Shown here one piece after another: positions 1-9,800 of a stretch of 64,000 nt of DNA. The notes below the pieces were generated by a model that was not told where the DNA came from, did not search any database, and saw only the letters and a list, made by a program, of their open reading frames with translations. Location: the IMG/VR virus record IMGVR_UViG_3300025141_016305, positions 96,001-160,000 of that record; one strand, given 5' to 3'. Position numbers and translations under genes: made by a program. Origin of the DNA: a virus. How positions within the stretch are numbered: the first letter of the stretch is position 1; each line of letters begins with the position of its first letter.

Positions 1-2534
1 AGATAATTTGTTTTTGAATCATCATGTCTTGCTTCAAGCACTATCGTGTTTAAATCGTCATCATCACTAGCGCCGTCGATAATAGTGATCGTCGAACCAG
101 TTGGAGGCGAAGATGCTATTGATATATAGCCGGATGACGAGGTAGCCGCAACGGCCGGTGTTGTAACTACAGGAGCGGAATCATAAGTTGGGCCGCAGCC
201 ATAAAGGGAAGAATTAGTTATGGCTGCGGGTACATTAAGTTTTGGAAAAATAAAAGAACCCTCAGCTGTCCAAGGCGTCATCAAATAAGTTGAACCAGAC
301 ATAAACTTTCTAGTCTCTTCTTCATTAGAGGCTGAACTTGTTTGTATTATATTTGCGTCTTTATTAACCCCTTCGAAAGAGATCGTTTTCTTCTTTACAG
401 CAGTATAAACTGGTTCGTTTAAAATCTCTCTTTCTTCGTTGTTTGCATATACATTAAGGCGTATAAGATTTTCGTCAATACCAAAGCACCTTATAAGGTT
501 TCTGTATGAAGCTTCTGTTCCTTTAGATTTAAAAATATGATTTAAATTTCTATAAATATTTTTAAGAATCTTATTTTTAATATCATACGTATTTTGTTCA
601 AAAAGAATAGAAGGAGATTGGGGGTCTCCTTGTCCATAAAACATCTCTTCGATAGTTTCATATCTAGATAGCGCTGATTCTGTATAGTTCGATCCCTTTG
701 GAGGATCCACATTAAAGCCGCGGCCCATGAGCTGTAATCTTGCAAGCTTTGAATTATCTTCAAACCCTGCAGAATTAACTGAAAATTCATTTGCGCAACC
801 AAACAAATATTGATCATCAGAAAATACATAATTTGAACCTGTAACGTTTGTAAATTCTGTTAATTCTGACGATTTAATTCTTGTCAGATTATCGATATAA
901 GATTTAATGCTATCGAATTCTGAGGCCATGGCCTGTAGGAGAATCCCCATCTGACTCTTTATATTACTCGACCCCTCTCCGTCAGAATCGTACGCCCATT
1001 GTGGGACACTTTTCGCTAATGCTGTATGGTTTTGTGAATCATATCCTTTGCCGATCTTAATATATTCTTGCAGTGTACCCCTCGTTAGAGCCTCATACAT
1101 TACTGGGTCGGCGGATTCGTTATTAACTGCAGCGGAATCAGTTATAGCAGATCCGGCTACTCTAGAGGTGCTATTATAGCCAACAAATAAACCATTGGCT
1201 ATTCTTCCGGAATAGTCCAATATTATATTATCTGTCGAGTCTTGGCCTAAAATTCCTTCATTAAATTTATAATATAGCCCTAGGCCCGGGGCATGAGTGA
1301 TATCATCAACAGTTGCACCATATACCGGTTTGTCATAATAGACGCCTATTTCCCTTGCGTTTCGCTCAGTTTTCCAAAACCTAAAATCATCCACTGATCC
1401 GGATAATTTTCCCCAACCTAGGCCGGCTTGGGTAGTGGTTGTAACAGTAGAGACGGGTGCGGCTGCTGCACCAATAGTACCAGACATTGTTAATAACACT
1501 CTACCAACATTTGTACTATTCTTGATTGTCTCTTGTGGGTGGCCGGCAGTGTCTTTCTCCAAAACACCATCAACATAAAGTCTAGCTTTTAGAGCGCTGC
1601 CAGTATTTGCTACAGATACAGCATAGTGATGCCATTTACCATCAGCTACCTGGCCAGAAGTTAGATTAGTGGTTATTTGTCGACTTGAAAAGCCTACGTT
1701 GCCAGACAGATATGTAACCAAAAAAGGGTTAGAGCTAGATCCAGTTAATTCGACCAAAAATCGCCCATGGCCGGTATTAGCTGGAAGTGGTGAATTTACT
1801 GTGTATGAATCAAATACAACTTCTCTTTTGGATGCGTCTTCAAATTTAGATTTTTTCAACCAAAATTCAACAGTATTTCCATGTTCACCATCTATCTCTA
1901 TGTTGTTGGTCATCCTCAGCGAGGGAAGATATCTAGTATTAGGATTCACCCCACCATCAAAAGCAATATATTCTAATTTATCTGTAAGGTTATAATATGT
2001 AGAATTGGAACTTATAGAACCAGTATCACTTAAAGAAAAATTAACGTACCCAGTGGCTTTCGGATAAACATGTCTAAGAACTGAAACGTCTAACGCTGAA
2101 GCGCTCAATAACCACTCCAGCCTTTCGGCCCTTGAACCATCATAAGGATAAGTCTCTGTTATCCTATAAAACGCATCTCTATAATATTGTTCCGCGGAGC
2201 CATAACAAGCAAAAGTTGAAGGATCCTTAAAATCAACACTTGGCCTGATTAAGTTTTGAAGCTTGTGATGGGCGCTTATAAACCTATTTGACTCTATATC
2301 ATTCTCAATATTGCTGCCAATAGTGTCACTTATTCCCATACCGTGCTGAGGGCCTAAATACTGAGGGTTACCTATCGGCCTTGGTTCTTCCACTTCTGGG
2401 AGTCTATTCTGAATTCCTGATTCTGTATTTGCCCTGCCAGAAGGAGCACCAGGATTAAGATCCCTGTTGGTCTCTTCTTCTAAACCGGTAGCTCTGGTTC
2501 TTGGCGGGGGGAGGTTGTTGTTGTCATGACTCAT
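1..2534 (-). CDS. Large baseplate/tail structural protein with LamG (concanavalin-like) domain and gp7/tail-protein-I-like motif; runs off the window (partial, >840 aa); missing from the ORF track
   Basis: ATG at 2534 overlaps the upstream TGA (ATGA). Hand translation of segments, all in one frame, gives MSHDNNNLPP..., VDFKDPSTFACYGSAEQYYRDAF...YPYDGS, LamG motifs (TVEFWLKK, WHHYAVSV, LYVDG, SGSVDDFRFW) and NIYRNLNHIFKSKGT. No stop seen in the segments checked. Confidence 0.8.
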   Translation of the reverse strand, partial: MSHDNNNLPPPRTRATGLEEETNRDLNPGAPSGRANTESGIQNRLPEVEEPRPIGNPQYLGPQHGMGISDTIGSNIENDIESNRFISAHHKLQNLIRPSVDFKDPSTFACYGSAEQYYRDAFYRITETYPYDGSRAERLEWLLSASALDVSVLRHVYPKATGYVNFSLSDTGSISSNSTYYNLTDKLEYIAFDGGVNPNTRYLPSLRMTNNIEIDGEHGNTVEFWLKKSKFEDASKREVVFDSYTVNSPLPANTGHGRFLVELTGSSSNPFLVTYLSGNVGFSSRQITTNLTSGQVADGKWHHYAVSVANTGSALKARLYVDGVLEKDTAGHPQETIKNSTNVGRVLLTMSGTIGAAAAPVSTVTTTTQAGLGWGKLSGSVDDFRFWKTERNAREIGVYYDKPVYGATVDDITHAPGLGLYYKFNEGILGQDSTDNIILDYSGRIANGLFVGYNSTSRVAGSAITDSAAVNNESADPVMYEALTRGTLQEYIKIGKGYDSQNHTALAKSVPQWAYDSDGEGSSNIKSQMGILLQAMASEFDSIKSYIDNLTRIKSSELTEFTNVTGSNYVFSDDQYLFGCANEFSVNSAGFEDNSKLARLQLMGRGFNVDPPKGSNYTESALSRYETIEEMFYGQGDPQSPSILFEQNTYDIKNKILKNIYRNLNHIFKSKGTEASYRNLIRCFGIDENLIRLNVYANNEEREILNEPVYTAVKKKTISFEGVNKDANIIQTSSASNEEETRKFMSGSTYLMTPWTAEGSFIFPKLNVPAAITNSSLYGCGPTYDSAPVVTTPAVAATSSSGYISIASSPPTGSTITIIDGASDDDDLNTIVLEARHDDSKTNY

Positions 2535-4399
2535 GGATTCACTCTAAACTTAAACTTTTCTTTTTGCTCAACAAAATCAGTACTATCTTTGTAGAGAAAA
2601 CTTATTTCATATAAATAGTTTGGCTCTAAAATTGACATATCTAAATCGAAAAATAAACCTTTTTCATCATAAGATAATGAAGAAAAGCTAGGAGAACTAC
2701 CAGTGGAATAAGGTATAATCTCTAAATTGTCTGATACTCTCACAACTCTGTAATAGGCATCTTTTATAATCGTGGCTGTTGCTGTATTGCTAGCAACTGT
2801 ATAAATATTTGGTTGCCATGATTTATCTCTAGTAAAAATCCTAAAAGTATAAACTTCATTTTTGTCATATGAAGATTTTAAATTAGTAATATTTGTAAGA
2901 TAAGAAGGTATCTCCATATAGGAGCCAGGAGACTCAGTTGTTACCGTAAAGCCCGAACCTGTAAAAATTTGTTCGTGCCCTGAACTGCCTGTTGTACTCC
3001 AGACGTCTATCAACTTTGTCTCCGTGCCTGCATATGCAAACTCTGCTTTATATATCCCCTTGGAAGCTCTACTAGCGGTTATATGACTCAGGTTGATAGT
3101 AGTCACGCCACCGCCTTGAGAAAGGGCTTCAGCCGGGGCGGAGGCAGATGTATGCAATTGTACTAAGAGGGCTGACCCCGTATTTGGAATATCTACCAAA
3201 TTGTTTCTTCTTCTGTTATAGAGATAAATATTATTAAGATTATCTGCAGGGGGAGCTAAAGAGCTAGATTTTATAACACTGCTTCTGTCATCTTTAGTGG
3301 AAGCATCCCACTGTGCCTCTATAACCGGTCTTTTGAAAAAATTGTGAGAAGATCTTGCAAAAAACTTCTTAGTATAAAAAGATCTTAACTGTGCTCCATC
3401 TTCATATGAGCCGCTTAATCTTAATACAAAACCATTATTTGGGGCGCCTGTTCCGCCATTAAAGCTATTAAGTACAGCAACAGCTTCAGCCACACTTGAA
3501 GAAAGTGTTGTGTTTCCATAAAATCCCCTAATATTTTGGGTTAAGCTAGCAGTTACCTCTGAGGCGTTTTCATTTGCTCCGACTTTTGTTGCAGAAATGG
3601 CTGATCCTAAACCACTATTGTTTATCTCTTGAACTAAACTCTCGACAGATCCAGTGAGACCGGTCGACCCGATTGGGACCAAGACTGTTTTTCCAACAGA
3701 GCCACTAGTGTTAGAAAATTTAAATATTCTATGATCTCCCTCGTGAGAGTATATTTTAAATTCACTATCAACGGATACAGGCGTTGCAAGATTAGCCCCT
3801 TTAAAAACAATCGAACCAGTAGCTGCTGTTGATAACCCTTTGTAATCTTTTATGAATTCTTCTGTTATAGCTGTGACGTCGATTATAAAATCTTCCGTTC
3901 CGATATCAAACCCAGCTTGATAGTCTAATGGTGCCAATGGATTGTGTATAATTGCCGGGTCTGCGTAGTCGCTCCCCTGATTGTGCCAAGCTAAACCGGT
4001 ACTACATGAAACCCAGTTACTATTTCCAACATCTGTGAAGGATTCCATGTCGAGACCAGTACCCTCACTCCAATCCCTAACTAAAGGATGTGCAGTTACT
4101 GAAAACTTTTCGGGAGTAGTCTGCCCATGGGCAGCGTTAAAGAGTTTTAACTTAAAAGTAACGGATCCAGAACCCAGCATATATGCACTATCTCTATCAT
4201 TTGAAATTCCACTGACTGGGATTTGTACCAAAATTCTAGATTGCTCTAGTGAAGAAGTGTTGGATTGGCCAAATATTGAAAAAATCTCTACTATATCTGA
4301 AGAACCCATATTGGCCAGGGTCGCTCTGTTACTTAAATTTGTTTTAAAAGCAGAAGAAATGGTGTTGTCTTTTCCAGCTATATATCTTTTTATAGACAT
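2531..4399 (-). CDS. Virion structural protein (baseplate-associated; DNRLRE-like N-terminal region), Ser/Thr/Gly-rich
   Basis: 622-aa ORF between baseplate genes; N-terminal KDNTI...N.G...EQSRILV pattern. Confidence 0.55.
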   Translation of the reverse strand: MSIKRYIAGKDNTISSAFKTNLSNRATLANMGSSDIVEIFSIFGQSNTSSLEQSRILVQIPVSGISNDRDSAYMLGSGSVTFKLKLFNAAHGQTTPEKFSVTAHPLVRDWSEGTGLDMESFTDVGNSNWVSCSTGLAWHNQGSDYADPAIIHNPLAPLDYQAGFDIGTEDFIIDVTAITEEFIKDYKGLSTAATGSIVFKGANLATPVSVDSEFKIYSHEGDHRIFKFSNTSGSVGKTVLVPIGSTGLTGSVESLVQEINNSGLGSAISATKVGANENASEVTASLTQNIRGFYGNTTLSSSVAEAVAVLNSFNGGTGAPNNGFVLRLSGSYEDGAQLRSFYTKKFFARSSHNFFKRPVIEAQWDASTKDDRSSVIKSSSLAPPADNLNNIYLYNRRRNNLVDIPNTGSALLVQLHTSASAPAEALSQGGGVTTINLSHITASRASKGIYKAEFAYAGTETKLIDVWSTTGSSGHEQIFTGSGFTVTTESPGSYMEIPSYLTNITNLKSSYDKNEVYTFRIFTRDKSWQPNIYTVASNTATATIIKDAYYRVVRVSDNLEIIPYSTGSSPSFSSLSYDEKGLFFDLDMSILEPNYLYEISFLYKDSTDFVEQKEKFKFRVNP

Positions 4400-4412
4400 T
4401 CAATCAATCCCT

Positions 4413-6269
4413 TTAATAATTTCTTTTTCCATTGTATTGTTTCATCACTATATCCGATGGTCTCTTGATTTCCCATATATGATCCGGGTCGATTTTCAAA
4501 GATTCCATGGGTCTTAATTTGCCTCTAGTGTCATACAAATTTCCTTCGTAACCTGTACCAGCTTTGGAAACCAAATTGACTGAACGTACCATACTAACGC
4601 CCGGAAAGTTTTGGATTATAGACCAAACCTTTGAAATATTGAAATGTTCTCCGATTTCTGGTGGGTTCATTGTTAATTCTTTATACAAAGTGTCCCTTAA
4701 TGGGCCTGTTAATCTTTCTCTGCTTGTGTTGCCCTCTGCTACAATATCATATTCTATTCCCAAATTTACTATATATGCGGGAAAAAGATCAACACTGTCT
4801 GATATCATTCTTCTAGTATTCAGAAAGGTTTTCAAATTTGCATATAAAGAAGGTGTTGGAGCCTGCAACTTTCCATCCGGACCTTCAGCGATAATGTACA
4901 TGTTTAAGTTTCGTCTAAAATCGTTATCGTCTCTTATAACTGTCGCTCTTTTGATTTTTCCATAGCGCGGTGGCATAGCATAAACCGCAGCTGCATAATC
5001 CTGCAGTGTGACTGCTCTCTTTTGTGCTGCGAAAGCCCCGCGGTGGCGGTGCTTCATCTCATTTGTCGACATCATGGAAACATCACCATTTATTGGGTTT
5101 GGGTTTCTTACCCTTATGCTATCTCTTACATACTTAATATAAGAGGGGTTCAGCAAATGCTCACTCTTAAACGTCATCCCAGTACTTAAAACTTGATTAC
5201 ATGCACCGGCAGCGACATTTACATTGCTTTTTTCATTATATTTATATTTTATTGTTAATGTTGTGTTGATTGGAGAAACCCCTAATTTATCGTTAGAGAC
5301 TAATTTGGTAGGATCGACAGATCTTGTACCATCCAAAGTACTTTTTCCGCTCATTTTTATCGCTAAATTGCTAGGATCTGCAACTGCATCTTCTTTAATC
5401 TTGTTAGCAGATCCAAAAGAAAATTCTAAAAATGTTTTTCCTCTTCTTTTTCTAACTACAAATCTTCTCATAACTGCCTCTGGGCGCATTATAGAAGATA
5501 CTTGAGTATTTGTATCTGAGATATTTGGTATGCTTTTCAACATAGAATTGGAAGTTAATGAATCTAGTTGGTGATATTCGTTGCCCTCTGAATCCGTTAC
5601 GCTTACAATTCCACTTACGTTTGGATGCCTCACTTCAATAATTGGTGACCTTGTAGGAACACCAACCACAGTGGATTGTTGCGCAATTTGACCAGAAGTT
5701 ACAGGAATTGACAACTTTGCAAGAAAAACTTTAACTTTAGATCCGTCGATTTCGGCAACTTCAGTGTTTGTGAAGTCAACCAAAACATCTTGAATTGTTA
5801 TATCATTGTCCAAAGTGAAAGTCTGACCACTTTCTGTGGCCAACAACATAAAAGGAGAAGAGTCACCTGCGTGCAAAACACCATCAAGATACGTACTATC
5901 TGGCTGGCCGTTGGCATCAGCCGGGATGGATAGGATCATTTCTAACGTTGTTGAGACTCTGGCCGCCAAGTCAAACTCTGCGCCATGCTCCTCCGCGAGG
6001 TCCCTAACGCTATTCTCTTCCTGCGCAGTAACCAGATTTGATTCTGCTGCGATATAATCTGTATAAAACGCTAATTGATCTCCAACATAAGACACCAGAT
6101 CAAACATCAAAGACCCAAAAGATGAAGCATTAAAATCTTGATATGTGTCTGGGTAATTTACTTTTACATACTCTACGAGTCTTTGTTTTATTGTGTCAAA
6201 ATCTCTAGCAGTATAATCTATAAAATTTTTAGGCACATTAATTGCGCGGTTGTTTATTCTTATTCCCAT
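4413..6269 (-). CDS. Baseplate wedge subunit (T4 gp6 / baseplate J-like)
   Basis: DYTARDFDTIK...YPDTYQDFN.SSFG...DLVSYVGDQLAFY and AQKRAVTLQDY motifs; adjacent to the gp25-like gene. Confidence 0.9.
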   Translation of the reverse strand: MGIRINNRAINVPKNFIDYTARDFDTIKQRLVEYVKVNYPDTYQDFNASSFGSLMFDLVSYVGDQLAFYTDYIAAESNLVTAQEENSVRDLAEEHGAEFDLAARVSTTLEMILSIPADANGQPDSTYLDGVLHAGDSSPFMLLATESGQTFTLDNDITIQDVLVDFTNTEVAEIDGSKVKVFLAKLSIPVTSGQIAQQSTVVGVPTRSPIIEVRHPNVSGIVSVTDSEGNEYHQLDSLTSNSMLKSIPNISDTNTQVSSIMRPEAVMRRFVVRKRRGKTFLEFSFGSANKIKEDAVADPSNLAIKMSGKSTLDGTRSVDPTKLVSNDKLGVSPINTTLTIKYKYNEKSNVNVAAGACNQVLSTGMTFKSEHLLNPSYIKYVRDSIRVRNPNPINGDVSMMSTNEMKHRHRGAFAAQKRAVTLQDYAAAVYAMPPRYGKIKRATVIRDDNDFRRNLNMYIIAEGPDGKLQAPTPSLYANLKTFLNTRRMISDSVDLFPAYIVNLGIEYDIVAEGNTSRERLTGPLRDTLYKELTMNPPEIGEHFNISKVWSIIQNFPGVSMVRSVNLVSKAGTGYEGNLYDTRGKLRPMESLKIDPDHIWEIKRPSDIVMKQYNGKRNY

Positions 6270-6271
6270 TT

Positions 6272-6736
6272 TTAATAATCCCTATTAATAGTAGATTCTA
6301 TTTTTGTGTTTTGCTGTACCATATCCTCACTGTCATTAGCAACTGTCCAGCCGTCTGTGCCGACGTTCATGGATCCTTGTAAATTTAAGCGCTTAACATA
6401 ATAATGTATTGTAATATGCGCTTGGCTGATGTCGATTAACTCCGGGTCAGATTTAACATCTACTGACGTTATTTGTATTGCTGGTAGGTACCTTTTTACT
6501 TGTTGTTTTATTTTTCCTACAACTGCCATAAACTCTTGAGAATTTGCAGTTTCAAATAAATATTTTGTCAAACCCACTCCCAGAGCAGGTCTCATGGGCC
6601 ACTCGCCAGGTATTGTTCTTAAAAGAAACAAGAGGTCTTGATGTAGAGACCGGGCGACTTCCTCTCTCTCGATTGCCATATATGGCCCGTGTTCGAGATT
6701 CTTTTTTAATGGCCATACAGGCTGCAACAAGCTCAC
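6272..6736 (-). CDS. Baseplate wedge protein, gp25/GPW-like
   Basis: LLRTIPGEWPMRPALGVGLTKYLFE motif. Start moved to GTG at 6736 because a GGAGGA Shine-Dalgarno lies at 6744-6749. Confidence 0.85.
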   Translation of the reverse strand: MSLLQPVWPLKKNLEHGPYMAIEREEVARSLHQDLLFLLRTIPGEWPMRPALGVGLTKYLFETANSQEFMAVVGKIKQQVKRYLPAIQITSVDVKSDPELIDISQAHITIHYYVKRLNLQGSMNVGTDGWTVANDSEDMVQQNTKIESTINRDY

Positions 6737-6754
6737 AAAACTATCCTCCAGATA

Positions 6755-6762
6755 TAAATAGT
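6755..6762 (-). promoter_or_regulatory. Putative late promoter ACTATTTA upstream of the gp25-like gene
   Basis: Same CTAWTTA motif as before other structural genes; followed by a Shine-Dalgarno and GTG. Confidence 0.55.
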
Positions 6763-6801
6763 GATTTATCAATATTCTTTGCAAATAAGTTTGTTTACAT
6801 T

Positions 6802-9800
6802 TTACTCTTCACTCTCATCGCACAAATCATCTTCGTCAAGTAGATCTGAACAATTCTTCTTTACCAGCTCTCTTTCTCCTTTTATTTCCGGAGTAGCTAA
6901 GGCTAAATTAGTAAATACTGTCATTGGATGTCCATAACGACCGTATTGACCTATTTTCCACTTAAGGTCCCAACCCACATCTACTTCCATACACGGGGCC
7001 GCGAAAGCAAAAGAAAGGTCCATCATAGACAGGGGGCCACCGATGGAATAAGACAACATTCTACTAACAGTAGTTCCAAGTGCTTCCCACCCGGATGTGT
7101 TACTAGGGCCATGGGATAGTAATTCGCGACTAGTCGCGAACGGCTTGGGCGTAAGCAAATACGCAGATAGATACATATCTGCTAGAGCCGTTGGAAAAAT
7201 AGGGGCATATTTGCCATGGCCGGAGCCTCCTTCTTGTCTTCTTCGAGTCCTATCTATTAGGCCGGCCGGCATTTCATTCGTATTTCCGGCTGTAATAAAC
7301 TTTAGATCTGAATTTCTAAGATTCTTTAGATTACAATTTGAGTAATGATATCTCATCTCTTTATATGCAGGGTCTAAAACATTAGCAATTCCGCGCAAAA
7401 CTATCGATGGCATTTGCTTTATAATTTCATACAAATCCTCCACAAACATCTTAAGTAGATCTGTATCAAAAGGAAAATCAAAACAAGGCAAATTCGATCC
7501 GTCTGATAATGAACTTTGCAAATTCATCTTTAACATTTCTGATTGTGTAACATCCGACATGAAATTTAATTTTTCTTTTGGTGATAGCGAGCATACAAGA
7601 AAAACACTAGCTAGACTAGATTTTGCACCGGTGAGCAGACCGCCGGCGGTACGTGGGTCAGCCGGAATCTTTCCATATCCTCCTAGAATACTAGTGGAAA
7701 AAACTGTGGCTATAGACATATACCTTTTTACTGGAAAAATGTATTCTAAAGCCAACTTGCATTCTGGCTTTTCTATTAGCTTATGTAGCCTTTCGTTTTT
7801 AGAATGAATGTACTGATTTTGTATATTTACAATCGAAAAATTTTGAAAACCTACATCCTCTTCATGTGAAGCTAACGGGTGACTATATAAATATTTCTGT
7901 TCACCTTCTCTCGCCACTGTCTTATAACACCTCTCCTCGTTGGAAAGGTTACCATATGCTTCAGATCCGACCTTTTCTATTATTGATTCAAACAGAGCAG
8001 TTGAATCTTCACTAGGTGTATTGTGCATCAGGCGAACTCCGTAATTCACAACGGAGGAATCAAAAAGTGAATCAGTTTGTCGATATAATTCTGTCATGAA
8101 AGTATCTTTAAATTTATTATAAAAATAATAAACCCCTGTTTCTTCTAAAGCGCACACCCAAGAATCGTGCTGTTTTTGTATGCTTCTTCTTAAAAAGGTT
8201 TTCGCATGGCGCTGTATGTGATTTGTATAGCTGTTTCCAAAACCAAAACGATACAGGTGGTAATAATTAGATATTGTTGCAGCTCGGATTTTATCTCTTA
8301 CAAGATTATATTTGTCGCGACTAAAAAAGGTAGCTATCTTTTGATGCCTCTCCATTCCAGGAAAGCCGTTGAGCGCGATATCATTTAAATTGGTAAAGTC
8401 CAAAACATGATTTAGTGGATCTACAGCTGGTTGCCCATTCGGCAGGCGAGGTACTGATGATTCAAGACTGTTCATCAAATATAAATTAATCTCTGTGAAG
8501 TGATCTTTGAATCTTATTAATTCTGTTGGCAAATCAGTGTTGTTTGCTGTAAAAATATCATCAACAAACCGACTACTATTTATTCTATCTTCAACGATGA
8601 ATTCAAAATTTTGAAGCTGCTTTTTCAAAAATCTAAACACCAGCAACATATCATCCCTATATCTTATAAACGCTGGTGAAGTTAAAATACGTTGGGATGC
8701 TAAATTGATTAGCAGCGAGTCTTTATTCATTCTATGAGATTTGTACGCTTCAAAAAACTCATCGGGATTATAGCGGTCGTCGCCTAAAAATGGTGAGAAG
8801 CCACACATCATGTCTGGAATCTCAACGGAAGGAATTATATGTTCCACTTGTGCCCTTGTGCTGTTATTATCCCAATTTGTACTATACCGAGATTGGGATA
8901 TGTCCACTAACCCTCTCTCAACTCGGACTTGCTCTTCAACCAAGTCTGCATAAAATATCTCTGGGTCGACGCCATCTGCAAAGCCCTGGATTCTCCTGAT
9001 CAGCGGCGATGATAAATCTTCGAAATCAAGACCAGTGTCCTCCTCGAAAGCATTTGCTTGATGTCTAGAGGCGGCATCTAAGCGATCTGCGTCTTCGCGA
9101 ATGATACCTGATCTTATCCTGCCAGCGCTAGGTAATAATATATCTCTCACTCTTTCGAACTGTGCTTGTGTGATTTCTATGAATCGACCTTGGGGGCCCA
9201 TGTATTGGCCTCCCAATTGTGGAGTTCCAGTTTCGTCTCCAACATAATAACCGTAGCGACCCGTTCCAGTAACTGTATACTCGTCACCACCTAAAACATC
9301 ACTCTTTTCTGGGAGCCAACTTGGCATTGTTGTTCTTCCCCAAAAAGACTCCACTCTTCTCTGTTTAAACCAGTGTAATATATTTGCAATTGAAATGGCC
9401 AACTTATTTCTTAATCTTGCCGGTTGAAGAGGGGTAGCAACTATAGTGTTACCAGTTCTTTGCAATCTATCTGGTAGAGTATTCATGTTTAGTGCCGTAT
9501 TATAAAGAAAGTTTAAACCATACCTTTGTTGGCTTTTTAAGTTTTTAAAATGCTCTCTTCTCTTTCCCAATTCATCAGTAAAGATTACTTCTTCTACAGT
9601 TCCCAAAGCATAATTTATATTTCCCAAATTCGCCCGGGTTGGATCTGCGTCGGGGTTTCCAAGAAAAGCGTTTTCTACTTGTTCAAATATTTTCCTAGAT
9701 GCGCTTAGAAAATTAATTCCAGTGTCTTCCTCAAATTGTTCCATTGATGCCGCAGCGGCAGCAGAAAGGGCTTGACCCTCTGCAATATTTCTGGCCTCTG

